A stretch of DNA of 64,000 nt from an uncultured virus (IMG/VR IMGVR_UViG_2061766007_000582) (IMGVR_UViG_2061766007_000582), one strand, 5' to 3'. Shown: positions 10,436-21,327, counted from the first letter of the stretch. The notes: generated by a model from the letters alone, not told the origin. Made by a program: numbers and translations.

Positions 10436-11305
10436 TTAGAATGAACCACGGAAGTCTTTATAAGCAGGGAAGATACCGTTTTTCGCCAAGCGTATAATCT
10501 CCAATGTTTCATTCTGTAGTGTGGGTCTGTAAATCCCATCCCAATAGTCAGCAGGGATTTCTTTCATTTTTATCCCTGCGTAACGACCAACCTTCATAAT
10601 TGGTTCTTTACTCATTGAGAACGTAAACAAACCGTCAGGGTCAATGAGATACTTGTCGTTATTTGACACTGTAAGGAACCATGAAAGTTCACGAGGTTTT
10701 CTTACACCGTCATTGAAACGCTCAAGTTGCTTCTCAAACACTTCCCGATAAAGCGTAGTGTGCATGTCAGGTTCGCCCTTCAACTCAGCCTTACGTGCAT
10801 TGAAGCCGTAGGGGAACACATCGTTGTAAGCCATGCTGAGATATTGCTTGCCCCTGAAATGAAGACCACGAGCAACCATTCTTATCCGGCTTATATCGAG
10901 CTTACCTGCAATACTGAAAGCACCTCGGTTGTCCGTCTGATATGCCTTACGAAGCGGCAGACAAACATCGTATTCAAGGTTATTGCCGCACAGAATACAA
11001 CCCTCAAGGTCATAATTCAGTTCGGTAGCAACAAGACAGAAAAACTCGCCCTGATTCTTGATGGTGCTGTAAGTCAACCCAACATCAGACCAGCCGTTTT
11101 CCGCTTTTGTTATCTCGAACGGAGGGTAGACAATGAACTGCTTGTTGTGAAGTACCTTGCTCTCATCGAACCTGTATTCCACAACCTTATACTCAATATA
11201 GACAGGGTACACGTCCTTAGTGCCTCGTGTACCTACCTTGTGAGCATAACAACAGTGGATATAGGCTATCTTGTTTCCGTCAAGCCAATGGTTTACTTGG
11301 AACAT
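10436..11305 (-). CDS. DnaQ/epsilon-like exonuclease homolog, apparently degenerate
   Basis: LEGCILCGNNLEYD resembles ExoII; C-terminal IDPDGLF...GRYAGIKMKEIPADYWD resembles the tail of bacterial epsilon-like proteins; ExoI DxE not recognisable. Confidence 0.5.
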   Translation of the reverse strand: MFQVNHWLDGNKIAYIHCCYAHKVGTRGTKDVYPVYIEYKVVEYRFDESKVLHNKQFIVYPPFEITKAENGWSDVGLTYSTIKNQGEFFCLVATELNYDLEGCILCGNNLEYDVCLPLRKAYQTDNRGAFSIAGKLDISRIRMVARGLHFRGKQYLSMAYNDVFPYGFNARKAELKGEPDMHTTLYREVFEKQLERFNDGVRKPRELSWFLTVSNNDKYLIDPDGLFTFSMSKEPIMKVGRYAGIKMKEIPADYWDGIYRPTLQNETLEIIRLAKNGIFPAYKDFRGSF

Positions 11306-12578
11306 TGATATTCTCCTGTTTGATTAGGCGGTCGATTGCTCTTATTACACGCTCTGATGTAATGTTTCTGGTGCATGAGAACTTTGTCGTTTCAAGTGCA
11401 TCTCGTTCCTGTAAAAGCATGTTGCGCTCTTCCATCGTTGGTGCTTCGTAGATTTTCTTTGTAAGCTCGAAGACCTTTTTATCGACACGAGGACACCAAA
11501 GCCAAGCACTATGCCAGAAAGGAATCGTCATATCGCCCCAACAGTCTTTACACGGATTTTCTTCATTGAAAACACGGTAAGGAGTGTAGAACTCATTTTT
11601 AGGTGCTGTGAATCCTGAAATCATAACAACAGGTTTCTCACACGCCCAAGCAAGCCAAGACAGACCTGAAGTCATACCGATAAAGAACTCAGCACCTCTT
11701 ATCTGATTGACACGATGTTGTAAGGTATAATCACCAGTCCAGTCAATAGCCTCATGTGGAGCTTTCTGATATGAACCCGGAAGACCAACGATATTTGTTT
11801 TGTCAATGCACATCACGTCAAATCCGAGGCTGTTCAGGTGTTTTATCACGTCAGACCACCCATACGGATTCCACCACAGCTTGCATCCTTTACTGCCTGA
11901 GAAACCGATACAGACATAAGGACGGTCTGTTTCAATCTGTTTGGTGGCTTTCAGGATAGGCGGTTTAGGTTCAATATTGTTCGGCAGTCCCAATATGTTA
12001 GCCGCTAAACGATTCAAACCATGCTGTTGATAAGGAAGTTTACCCCACAGAGGCTCAATGTCTTTATCAAAAAAGATGCCGATAAAATACGTTGCGTATA
12101 TGGGTATCTCGGACAGCATTGATTCGTCAGACACCATTGTTATATCAGGATAATGTGGCGCAAACAACTCCACGAACCAAGGCTGTGCAAATACAATAGG
12201 CTTGCATTTATGCTTCTCGATGAACGCGAGTATCTGCGAGAAGTGGGCAATACAATCACCCAGCGTTTTATGGGCGATTCTGAACCTGACGTACCTGTCC
12301 CTGCAATCGAATATGGTAGAGAAAACATTGTGGGACTTCGTGTTAAGAGCCACAATCTTCCACTTCACATAATATTTGGTTGGGGTGGCGAAGTAAGCAC
12401 CGGGGGCAAGCTCTACATGATATAAGAGGTCCCCTGTGTCTTCATTGAAAAAGCTGACCGACCAAGTACCTTCAACATCCTTTGGTGTTTTTATCTCGGC
12501 TCCATAATTGAAACTGAACTGGATTCCGGTAACAGGGTCTTTCAGCAGTTTAACATCATCTTCAAACTGCTCCATCAA
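11280..12578 (-). CDS. TibC/Aah-like (BAHT family) protein O-heptosyltransferase, GT-B fold
   Basis: GIQFSFNYGAEI, KYYVKWKI, TLGDCIAHF, RPYVCI...KLWWNPYGW, AEFFIGMTSGLSWLAW, PVVMISGFT..NEFYTPYRV, CKDCW...WLWCPR, FSCTRNIT. Confidence 0.88.
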   Translation of the reverse strand: MMEQFEDDVKLLKDPVTGIQFSFNYGAEIKTPKDVEGTWSVSFFNEDTGDLLYHVELAPGAYFATPTKYYVKWKIVALNTKSHNVFSTIFDCRDRYVRFRIAHKTLGDCIAHFSQILAFIEKHKCKPIVFAQPWFVELFAPHYPDITMVSDESMLSEIPIYATYFIGIFFDKDIEPLWGKLPYQQHGLNRLAANILGLPNNIEPKPPILKATKQIETDRPYVCIGFSGSKGCKLWWNPYGWSDVIKHLNSLGFDVMCIDKTNIVGLPGSYQKAPHEAIDWTGDYTLQHRVNQIRGAEFFIGMTSGLSWLAWACEKPVVMISGFTAPKNEFYTPYRVFNEENPCKDCWGDMTIPFWHSAWLWCPRVDKKVFELTKKIYEAPTMEERNMLLQERDALETTKFSCTRNITSERVIRAIDRLIKQENINVPSKPLA

Positions 12579-13516
12579 TTTAACAGCTCCTTAATCTCGG
12601 CAAGTTCTTTTCTACCGTCCTTCGTTTTCAGGAGGTCATTCAGGTCTTTTCCATACGACCAATGAATACGGTAGACTTCTGTACGGTGTGAGAGTTGGTT
12701 TACGAGCTGATGTGCCGCAGATTCACCAGCCGAATCCATATCGTAGGCAACGTAGACCTTACCGAATGTAGCCAACTCATTTATCTGTTCTCTCGTGAAA
12801 CAGCAACCGTGGGTATGAACAGCACCATCACCAACAGACATGGCATCGTAGGCGGCTTCCGTAACGATAACCGTATCAGCCGGAACGTTATCAATACCCC
12901 ACAGGAACGACTTGCATGGTATCAACTCTTCGTACTCACAGGCGGTTATGTATTGTTTCTTGACGTAACTGCCACACTGAAACGAAACAAGCTGACCCTG
13001 CAAGTAATTCGGTATCACAATGCAGTTGGCGTACTTGTTTGAATACCGCTGTTCCTTAACCGTCTTGTAGTAGGTGAGGTATTGGTCTGCTATGCCTGTT
13101 GAACTGAGGTGGTATTTCCTGATTACATCGTCAGCGCAATCAGGAAACCGCTTCATCAGGTACTCATAAGCACGAAGAAGCATAGCACCATTCCCCGGCA
13201 GTACAACCTCTTTCGGACGCAACGAAATCTCCTTCATATCCTGTTTGTCAATATTCTTGAACAAACCATGAAGGATATGTCTTGTTTCAGTTCGTTTCGT
13301 GCCGAGCAAGTTGGAGAAAACAGCAATCGTGGAATGATAACCGCACTTGTAACAGTTGCAGTAACCCTCTTCCAAATTGATACCAAGATGAAAGTTCGTA
13401 TCACCGGACATGCAGAATGGGCAACAAATCTGAACCCACCCACGCCGACAGTGATGATTACCTTCAAGGCGGTAGTCAATATGGTTATCCTCTAAAAAAT
13501 CAATCACTCGGTTCAA
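12575..13516 (-). CDS. DNA primase (zinc finger plus TOPRIM)
   Basis: CPFC...CNCYKCG zinc finger; IVTEAAYDA and YDMD TOPRIM motifs; KDLND. Confidence 0.88.
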   Translation of the reverse strand: MNRVIDFLEDNHIDYRLEGNHHCRRGWVQICCPFCMSGDTNFHLGINLEEGYCNCYKCGYHSTIAVFSNLLGTKRTETRHILHGLFKNIDKQDMKEISLRPKEVVLPGNGAMLLRAYEYLMKRFPDCADDVIRKYHLSSTGIADQYLTYYKTVKEQRYSNKYANCIVIPNYLQGQLVSFQCGSYVKKQYITACEYEELIPCKSFLWGIDNVPADTVIVTEAAYDAMSVGDGAVHTHGCCFTREQINELATFGKVYVAYDMDSAGESAAHQLVNQLSHRTEVYRIHWSYGKDLNDLLKTKDGRKELAEIKELLN

Positions 13517-13656
13517 GTCTCACCTCACCATTAGCTGTGATGTACATTTTCTTGAAACCGTCTTTGTCTTTGTACTCACCGATATACACGTCATACGTAT
13601 CGGGTGTAGTATCTTCGGTGTTAATCTTTTTATCGGGCATAAATCACCTCATAAAA

Positions 13657-13730
13657 TGGCAGTCCAGCATGGATTTGAACCATGACTGACAGGACCAAAA
13701 CCTGTTGTGCTACCGTTACACCACTGGACT
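13657..13730 (-). tRNA. tRNA-Gln(TTG)
   Basis: AGTCCAG/CTGGACT acceptor stem, anticodon arm ACAGG-TTTTGGT-CCTGT, GGTTCAAATCC, CCA end. Confidence 0.93.
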
Positions 13731-13735
13731 GCGTG

Positions 13736-13966
13736 TTATTGTTCGTTTGTTACAGAGCCAGCCAACATATCGTGTTTAGCCGCCGCGCCAAGTTCTTTTG
13801 TTATTCCCGGTTCAAATGTATTCAATAGGTTTGCAATATCACCAATGGAATCCTGAAACCGACGCCCCCATGCATATGTATCACACATGTAGCGATAGTA
13901 CAGCAACTTCAGCAGGTCAACACAGAAATGTAACCTCTCCGCTGTCGTGTAGGGTGGGACAATCAT
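13736..13966 (-). CDS. hypothetical protein
   Basis: 76-aa ORF overlapping the methyltransferase stop. Confidence 0.45.
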   Translation of the reverse strand: MIVPPYTTAERLHFCVDLLKLLYYRYMCDTYAWGRRFQDSIGDIANLLNTFEPGITKELGAAAKHDMLAGSVTNEQ

Positions 13967-14883
13967 TTTTGAAGTACCTCTACTTGATGTTGAAGGTGAT
14001 AAGTTAAAAGGTCATATTGATGTTTCGGAACAAACAAACATTCTTTCACAGGGTGCATACACTTCGGTACAGGTCCGAATATTGTGCGGTGGTCAAAAGA
14101 GGCAACCTTCAAGAACGTATCAGGCATTTCGTACTCTGATATGAAAGTCAACTGCTCCTGTTTTCCGCACCAATCGTAAAACGCCTCGTAATCGAACTTT
14201 TGATAGTTATACGTGCCTGTCCCCTTATACGGAATATCGCAGTAAACCACGCTGTAAGGCTTTATAACCACGTCCCGATAGTCAAGGGCAGTAATTATAG
14301 GTCTTTTGATATTAGCCAGTCTTAAAAGCCGTGTAAAAGCGTTGTAGTGTGGCAATACCAAATGAATCGTATCGACCGTAGATGACTGCTCCCTGATAGC
14401 GTGTTGGACCTGACTGTATCGCATTTCCAGCGTATAGTAGTCAAGGTTCTTCAGGTGTTTCAAGTTAATACCGTAACGCTTCATACCTGCTCCGTCACCA
14501 AAGAAGACGGCATTATGGTACTGGCGTTTGTAGTCCTCAATCTCCCTGCTGTAAGCGTATGTTCTCCAATTATTACCGAAGGAGAAACAGCATGAGATAT
14601 AAGGGTCTGTTCTGCGTTTGTACTTGAACTCCGATATGTCAGCAAAGTGGTTCTCGTGTCTGAAACCATCACTGATTGCCCTGTCGAAGCTGTCCATAAC
14701 GAACTTATCATTGTCGTTTGTGTAGACAGTACCGAACTTCAGAGGCATAGTTGTAGCGTAGTGTGAAACGGAACCGCCACCTGCAAACAAATCATAAAAG
14801 TTATCTGCGGCTGGCATTACGTCAAGGATTCTTTCGGCTAATCTGCTTTTGCTACCCTGATAAGGCATACCGTATAGGTTCAT
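13963..14883 (-). CDS. DNA adenine methyltransferase (D12/Dam class)
   Basis: MPYQGSK, motif I YDLFAGGGSV, motif IV VYCDIPY; GGAGG RBS before 14883. Confidence 0.9.
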   Translation of the reverse strand: MNLYGMPYQGSKSRLAERILDVMPAADNFYDLFAGGGSVSHYATTMPLKFGTVYTNDNDKFVMDSFDRAISDGFRHENHFADISEFKYKRRTDPYISCCFSFGNNWRTYAYSREIEDYKRQYHNAVFFGDGAGMKRYGINLKHLKNLDYYTLEMRYSQVQHAIREQSSTVDTIHLVLPHYNAFTRLLRLANIKRPIITALDYRDVVIKPYSVVYCDIPYKGTGTYNYQKFDYEAFYDWCGKQEQLTFISEYEMPDTFLKVASFDHRTIFGPVPKCMHPVKECLFVPKHQYDLLTYHLQHQVEVLQK

Positions 14884-14997
14884 TCTATACCTCCTGCGAT
14901 AGCCAAAAGAAGAGTAAAGCCCAATATCCCTGCCGCAATCAGAAACACAAGCATGATACAGCATCTTACGAAGAACGCTGCATCTTCCTGTTCTTGG

Positions 14998-16309
14998 TTA
15001 GGCATTATTGTATTCTCCTATTTGTAGTATGTAGCCAAGTTCTCTGAAAGCACGAACCAGTGTGTGCGGTGTTACATTCCTACGTCTGCAACATCTACAT
15101 GCGACTACAAAGGCACTTCTTCCTGAGCGTCTACGGCGTTGTGTGTCAAGAAACTCAAACAAGGCTTCGGCATCGTTCGTTACGAGTTCCACCTTGTTCG
15201 TCAGGATGTTACGAACACCGAATATCAGACCCATGACGCGCATTTGTCTGCACAGGGTTCTAATTCTCGGATGGTATCTCCTGTTCAGAATCGAATGAAC
15301 TGTCCCTGTATTTGGAAGTTGTAGTCTGTGCATGGCATAGGAGTAGATTCTATGACTGTACATTTGATTGAAACGGTCATAGAACTTATCCATGATGTAC
15401 TTGCCAGCTTCTTCTTCCATATCAGTACCTGATTTTCATGTCCATAGTGAAGAGGGTGAATAAAATCATAATCAAAAGTATGTTTGTGAGATTAATCATT
15501 ATCCCTCCGTCACGTTATCAGGGTTCTCTTCCATCGCTTCAAGGCAATCATCAATGCGCTGTATAAGACGGTACTCTTCTTCCATGCCTTCCTTGAGTTC
15601 TCTGAATTTCATATCAAGGAACTCAACCCAAGGATATTCAGTACCCTCTTCGCTCTTGGCATAAACAGGAGGCGTCATAGCCATGTAGCCCAGAATCTCG
15701 TTCCAGTACATAGCAATAAGAGCTTCTGACTGCTCTCGTTTACTGTGCAGTTCATGTTTACCTATCCGAGAAAGATAGCCGTCAAATTTGTAGTAAGTAC
15801 CCCAACCCATTAAGTTGTCTCCTTGTCGTTGTCGCTAACTTCCAAAATCAATTTCAGCATCTCGTTAGCTTGGGATGCCAGTTTAACATACAAGAAAGCC
15901 TGATTGACAACCAAGTCCCTGCCAGTTTCTTTCCAACGGTAGGTCATGGCTTCGATTGTTGCAAGTGTATCACTGATTTCGTCTACACTTGCCTGAACAC
16001 GTGAAACAATATTGTCGTTCGTCATATACAACCTCCACAGCATCCTTTTGGGATTTGCTCGTTCATAGCGTCAATCACAGCCTCCGCCATGCTGACTGTT
16101 ATATTTTCGGGGATATAGTTTTTATTCAACATCCAATCGCCTTTGATGGTGAAGTAGTTGCCCTCATCATCACAAGCTATGGAGCCGCCTGATTCCCAGA
16201 AAGGCTCGAATCTGTAATGCTTTCCGTCAATGTCACAATCAAGTGTACCACGACACCAGCACCATGTCGGACCCTCATAGGTAAGGTTCTCTACCTTGTG
16301 CTTTATCAT
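14998..16309 (-). CDS. cluster of small hypothetical proteins (14998-15420, 15499-15810, 15810-16043, 16022-16309)
   Basis: Tightly packed co-oriented ORFs downstream of the promoter at 16345-16372. Confidence 0.6.
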
Positions 16310-16344
16310 TACAATCTCCTCTGTTATGATTGTTGTTTATAGAT

Positions 16345-16372
16345 AATATAGCACCTTTTTCTGTAAAGTCAA
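16345..16372 (-). promoter_or_regulatory. promoter TTGACT-N16-TATATT with extended -10 (GTGC)
   Basis: CGCTTGACTTTACAGAAAAAGGTGCTATATT on the minus strand. Confidence 0.75.
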
Positions 16373-16459
16373 GCGGAAAAACAAAAAATTTCTCAAAAAA
16401 TATAAGCGATATAAATTATGACGAACAAGATAGCCCCGGAAACAAGGGGAATCAGGTCT

Positions 16460-17839
16460 TCACTTTGCATTTTTGCGCCCTTTCGTTTTATTTGTTTTAC
16501 ATTCTTGCGGTAAGTAGTGTTCGCAGTTACCGTTATCGTCCGGCTTGAAACCACACATACTGACAGGATAAGGATAATCTTTCAGCCTGTCCGTATTGCG
16601 TAGGCATTTACTGAATAAGTGGCACTCCTTATTCGGACAGAACGTAATGTCATAGTCCCACATATCAGTAAATTTTTTGAATTTTTCAGAAATCCCCATG
16701 TACGACAGAAGCAGTTTCAAGGCTTCATCTTGATTTAGTTTGTTGCTCATTTCATTCCTCTTGGTGGATATGGTGTTATAAAGAGAAACAACAAACCAAT
16801 TATGAGCATTATCTTAAAGAACGCTGTTGCTATCATTCTCTAACTCCTTTTCGGTTTCTTTGGCGATACGATAACACATATCACGTAAAGCGATAAGCGC
16901 ATCATGTTTGGTTTTATGTACCATCGACAAAGGCATAAAGACAGTGCCTAACGACTTATCTACATATACCTTTGCGATTGGTTCCACATGTTTTGCGTAA
17001 ATATCAGTAACAAGAACAGATTTCACGGACAGTTCAGATGTACCGAATTTTACGTCAGGCATAATAAGCCAGNNNNNNNNNNNNNNNCGCCTCAGAGAAA
17101 TCCAAATCCTCATCGGGCTTGTCTGTTGTTCTCTTCGGTAGCGGTTCAGTTATGTGTTGACGTTTTGGTTTTGTGAGGGTGAAGCAAGTGGGGAAGCATA
17201 TCAACTCTTTTGCAAGTTTCATAAATCCCCTGCGTTGCTGTAAGCTGTTGAAGGCAGGTAGACGCTTATTCATCACAAGACAACCGACCATAGTACCATG
17301 TTCGTTCTTGACACAAGCGGCACATGTACTGCAAATCTTGAAATCTTTTTCGATGGACCTGCGTCTTGGTTTCTTCACGCCTTCATTCATTTTCTCGTAA
17401 CTCTCACCTTCCCACAGAGGCAAATCAGGCGTGTACCATTGACCTTTGTGGTACTGAACGACATTACGAGGTATCAGGTTTTGAACTTTATCGAGGTAAA
17501 CCCAATAAAGCACCTTGTATTTCTCGCAAAACTCACTCCACTCTTCATGGAAATGTGTATTGCAGGTAACAATCTCGACCTCATACCAGTAAGTCGATTC
17601 TCTGAAAAGCAAGATACGTTGACCACGATAGGGCATATGTCGTGGGTCGTTTAGCACTGAATAAAATTCCTTGTCCATTTGATGTTTGTTTTGTTTTTGA
17701 TTTGGATTAAAAGGTGAACGTACCGACTGGCGATACAATGAAGACTTACAGAAGCACCGAAGCACAGTTCTTTAGAGAATGGGCATTTTGTGCATTTATT
17801 CTCTGTAAGTCGTTGAAGCATAGAGTCAATTTTTCTCAT
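16460..17839 (-). CDS. cluster of small hypothetical proteins (16460-16750, 16814-17113, 17055-17765, 17651-17839)
   Basis: Co-oriented ORFs, several Cys-rich. Confidence 0.5.
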
Positions 17840-17866
17840 AGCTACTCCGATATGGTTGTATGGAAA

Positions 17867-18118
17867 CTACAGATTTTCTATAGTTCTGATACACATAGCC
17901 GCAGTGTGTGACAGCTCCTTGATGAGGCACTCCTTGAGAAGTTTGCGTTCATCGTAAGTGGTTGCACTATCAATATCGTTTGCAACCTGTACTGCCTCAC
18001 CTGCCTCTTCCGACATAATAGCCACCATCTTAACCGGGTCAGCAGGGAAAGTCTGGTGTTTATGTTTGGCAAGGATAAGCTCGTGAAGAATGTTATCGAC
18101 AATTTCTTTCTGTGTCAT
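17867..18118 (-). CDS. MazG-like nucleotide pyrophosphohydrolase (all-alpha NTP-PPase)
   Basis: IMSEEAGEAVQ...ELSHTAAMCIR pattern. Confidence 0.6.
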   Translation of the reverse strand: MTQKEIVDNILHELILAKHKHQTFPADPVKMVAIMSEEAGEAVQVANDIDSATTYDERKLLKECLIKELSHTAAMCIRTIENL

Positions 18119-18734
18119 TGATTCTCTCCTCTTAATGTAGTGATGAGAGTGCCAAACTGTACCTCATCAAGTTTCACAGAGATTGTGGGGTCATCGTATG
18201 GTTTGAAATCCGGTTGAAATGCCTCTTTGACGTTGCCATGATGGATGAGAATAGGAATCCCAAATATCATCGACAGAACAATCAAGAGTATCACGCCCAG
18301 CTCAACAAGGTTTGTAAGGGCTACTTTCATTTTGTCAGTCATTGGATTTCTCCTTATGTTCAATTTTCCACCGTTCCTGTTTGTTTGCAAGAACGGTATT
18401 GATAATCGTTGTAGCACATATAACCGCTGTGACGCCAGTAAACAACAGTGCTACACCAATGCCGCCTATAAGTTCGTTGCTCATTTAGTTGTCTCCTTCA
18501 CTCCAATCGTTTCGTAGAGTTCGGTTTTAAGTTCATGGATAGCGTCATCAATGATTTCTTTAAGACGCTCATCACGAGGACCAAACCACTTCTTTTTGAA
18601 AGCACGAATGGTCTTATCGAGAGTATCTTTTCCAATATCGCAATCAATATACCACTCAACATCGTGAAGAACCTTAGCGAAATCAACACATAACGCACTG
18701 ATTTCACGGTCTTGTATCTGCCGTGAAGCGTCCT

Positions 18735-18998
18735 CTACTTTATAATAGAGGTAGTCAAGAGNNNNNNNNNNNNNNNNNNNNNNNNNNNNNNNNNNNNNNN
18801 NNNNNNNNTGCCCCAGATAGCCAATGCAAGCTGAACCACGTCAAGCGTAGCCCTGTTGTAAAGACCCATAGAACAATCGTAAGTGAGCCAAAGAATGTTG
18901 CCAAGACACCAGAGATAGAAGCAAAGAATATTCATCTTTACGTTCAACACAGTGCCAGTAAGACAGATTACAGTAGCCGCCCATGTTAGATAATTCAT
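18735..18998 (-). CDS. small membrane protein, PnuC/nicotinamide-riboside-transporter-like
   Basis: Hydrophobic WAATVICLTGTVLNVKMNILCFYLWCLGNILW; gap at C-terminus. Confidence 0.5.
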   Translation of the reverse strand: MNYLTWAATVICLTGTVLNVKMNILCFYLWCLGNILWLTYDCSMGLYNRATLDVVQLALAIWGXXXXXXXXXXXXXXXXLLTTSIIK

Positions 18999-19597
18999 GA
19001 CAGAATCAGCTCCTTTGCGTAAGGAAGCGTTTCAATCCAACCGCAGAAACGATGCCATTCCTGAAGTTTGTGGTTCTTACGCTGTTTATAGATAGTGCGT
19101 AACTGCATGTAATTGGTAACAACATGAGCCGTCAACTGCAAACCCATAGGGCAGTGAGCAACAAACTCATCGTAAGTGATGAGACCGTTCTGATACTCGC
19201 AAAGAGCATCGTTAAGGTTAGACCAATCAGCGTCACTCACATGTTCGGTTGCCACGTCACTTCCCATAAGCTGTTCAAGACAGTGCATTTTAGACTGACT
19301 TGAAACAATCTGGATGAAGTGATACCTTTCAAACTGCATCCACCATGTATTCGTTGCAGTCACGTTGAACGACACCAAGATACCAGTAAGGAAATTCTTA
19401 TGACCGGAATTATCATCACCTGCTTTCACAAGACGGTCTGCCCTGTCCAATGCCAGTTTACCGACATTCAGTTCGGGGTTGTCGAAGTCTTTTACTTGGC
19501 TGTCGAATACCTCAGCACAAAAATTGCATCTGAACGGAAATCCAGATGCAACCAGTGCTTCTTTTAGGTTGTAGACGTTTGTGTTGCTGACGTTCAT
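18995..19597 (-). CDS. conserved phage ThyX-like protein
   Basis: HKNFL, WWMQFERYHF, SQSKMH, NYMQLRTIYKQRKNHKLQEW. Confidence 0.6.
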   Translation of the reverse strand: MNVSNTNVYNLKEALVASGFPFRCNFCAEVFDSQVKDFDNPELNVGKLALDRADRLVKAGDDNSGHKNFLTGILVSFNVTATNTWWMQFERYHFIQIVSSQSKMHCLEQLMGSDVATEHVSDADWSNLNDALCEYQNGLITYDEFVAHCPMGLQLTAHVVTNYMQLRTIYKQRKNHKLQEWHRFCGWIETLPYAKELILS

Positions 19598-20013
19598 TTC
19601 TTTCGTCTCCTTCTCGGTTTGGTTATTAGTTTAAGTTCTTTGAGGAAATGGGTTGTCATCGCCCCAAGTAGATAACAATGTGTTTCTGCGTTACTGTCCT
19701 CTGCTTCAATACCACGAGGATGCAGAATATTTACCGTTGCATGTAGAAGTTCGTGTATAAGAGTTGATACATGCTCCGGTGTTTTATCAATTTTAGGCAT
19801 GAAGATAACGTTACCGAACAAGCCGCCATCACAGTCACGCAAGTCCATAGTGATACCTTCCTTGTCCTTGCAGTCGTAAATCTTCTCTGTTTCCTTTTCA
19901 TTCAGATGCAGATTCTCGACCATCCAATGAGCGCAGAAGGCAGGCGTTCCAGTGATAAGATAAACGTAAGACGTATATGTATCGTTATAATACTCGTAGA
20001 CCTTGTTTGCCAT
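19594..20013 (-). CDS. putative zincin-like metallopeptidase-domain protein
   Basis: TLIHELLHAT HExxH with a downstream E (AETHCY). Confidence 0.6.
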   Translation of the reverse strand: MANKVYEYYNDTYTSYVYLITGTPAFCAHWMVENLHLNEKETEKIYDCKDKEGITMDLRDCDGGLFGNVIFMPKIDKTPEHVSTLIHELLHATVNILHPRGIEAEDSNAETHCYLLGAMTTHFLKELKLITKPRRRRKK

Positions 20014-20022
20014 AATCTCTCC

Positions 20023-20625
20023 TTATGGTTTTGGCAGTACGTTATAATAAGCTATGGAGGTATTCACGAACTTGATATTTCTTCCGTCCGTTTTACACTT
20101 CATAAAGAACCAACCATCTTCACCCCTTCCTGTACGTGCGCCATGATATACGTGAAGCTCTCTCATGGTTTTAACTTTTGTCAGGAAGTTAGCCCAATCA
20201 ATAAGACCGACAGGATTAAAGGCGTTTATCATGTCAGGGTTGCCCAAATGAGGTAAATTGAATATCTTGAAGACAATCATATCCTGACCTTCGCACTCAT
20301 CGGCAATCATCAGGAAACCGCTATAAAGCAAGTTATCATCGTCAAGAATATACACATAGTCGTTATCAGAACCAACGTATTGTATAACTCTGTCAATCCA
20401 CGATGAAAGCCACTCGTCATTCGCTTTCTTATCAGTAGCGTAAAAGACCGTAGTGTGTTCGTCATTGAATTGTGTAAACTCCGTGTAAGATGTTCCGTAA
20501 GTCAGGTCAACGATAAGCGCATGGGTGTAGGTGTGGTGCGAATCTCTGAAGGCATACGCAATACTGTCCTTGACCTTTTGGATGTTGGTCGGCTTATAGC
20601 ACCGTGTAATGAATACGAAGTTCAT
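20023..20625 (-). CDS. GT-A fold (GT2-like) glycosyltransferase
   Basis: FITRCYKPTN, YVYILDDDN, IDWANF, AYYN. Confidence 0.75.
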   Translation of the reverse strand: MNFVFITRCYKPTNIQKVKDSIAYAFRDSHHTYTHALIVDLTYGTSYTEFTQFNDEHTTVFYATDKKANDEWLSSWIDRVIQYVGSDNDYVYILDDDNLLYSGFLMIADECEGQDMIVFKIFNLPHLGNPDMINAFNPVGLIDWANFLTKVKTMRELHVYHGARTGRGEDGWFFMKCKTDGRNIKFVNTSIAYYNVLPKP

Positions 20626-20627
20626 GC

Positions 20628-21224
20628 TTACCTCTTCAACTTATTATAGTAAGCAAGTTCACGGTCTACGAATTTAACGGAACACTTCTCAACCCAAACG
20701 GCATTATTGAAGAAGTTGCCATCAATCTCAGATGATTTCTTACCGTTTCTGAACACCCCGACACGCTTCATAACATCGGCTCTCGTGATAAAGTTAGCCC
20801 AATCAATATGTCTGATAGCGTTTCCAATGTCAGAACGACCCCAAGCCGGACGCCCTTTAACCTTGAACACGATTATATCCTCATCACTAATTTCTTTGCA
20901 AACGTCAAGGAAATCTGGATGAAGGATATTATCATCGTCAAGGATATAAACGTAGCTGTCATTCGGTACGTTAAAAGCAATCAAAGCAGTATCAATATCG
21001 GAAGCCATGAACTTATCTCCGTCAGTTTTGGAGTAGACATAGCTGACCTTATCCGCCCTATCTGCAAACAGCTTGAACTCTTCTTCCGTATGTCCTGAAG
21101 TGCAGTCAACGATAAGAATATGCTGATACGTGTGTTCCGTCAAGCCGAATACGTTGCGTATGCTGTCTTGTACCGCTTCAAGGTTATCAGGTCTTGAACA
21201 CCTTGTAATGATTGTGAAGTGCAT
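20628..21224 (-). CDS. GT-A fold (GT2-like) glycosyltransferase, tandem paralog
   Basis: IITRCSRPDN, YVYILDDDN, IDWANF, AYYN, the same motifs as 20023-20625. Confidence 0.75.
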   Translation of the reverse strand: MHFTIITRCSRPDNLEAVQDSIRNVFGLTEHTYQHILIVDCTSGHTEEEFKLFADRADKVSYVYSKTDGDKFMASDIDTALIAFNVPNDSYVYILDDDNILHPDFLDVCKEISDEDIIVFKVKGRPAWGRSDIGNAIRHIDWANFITRADVMKRVGVFRNGKKSSEIDGNFFNNAVWVEKCSVKFVDRELAYYNKLKR

Positions 21225-21248
21225 ATTTTATCCTTATATGGTTTGTTG

Positions 21249-21324
21249 TGGTGGACTTGGAGGGAATCGAACCCACGACCAAGTGTTTATGAGACACCTG
21301 CTCTAACCTCTGAGCTACAAGTCC
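21249..21324 (-). tRNA. tRNA with CAT anticodon (Ile2/lysidine type or elongator Met)
   Basis: GGACTTGTAGCTCAG...GGTGT-CTCATAA-ACACT...GGTTCGATTCC...CAAGTCCACCA. Confidence 0.9.
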
Positions 21325-21327
21325 AAA

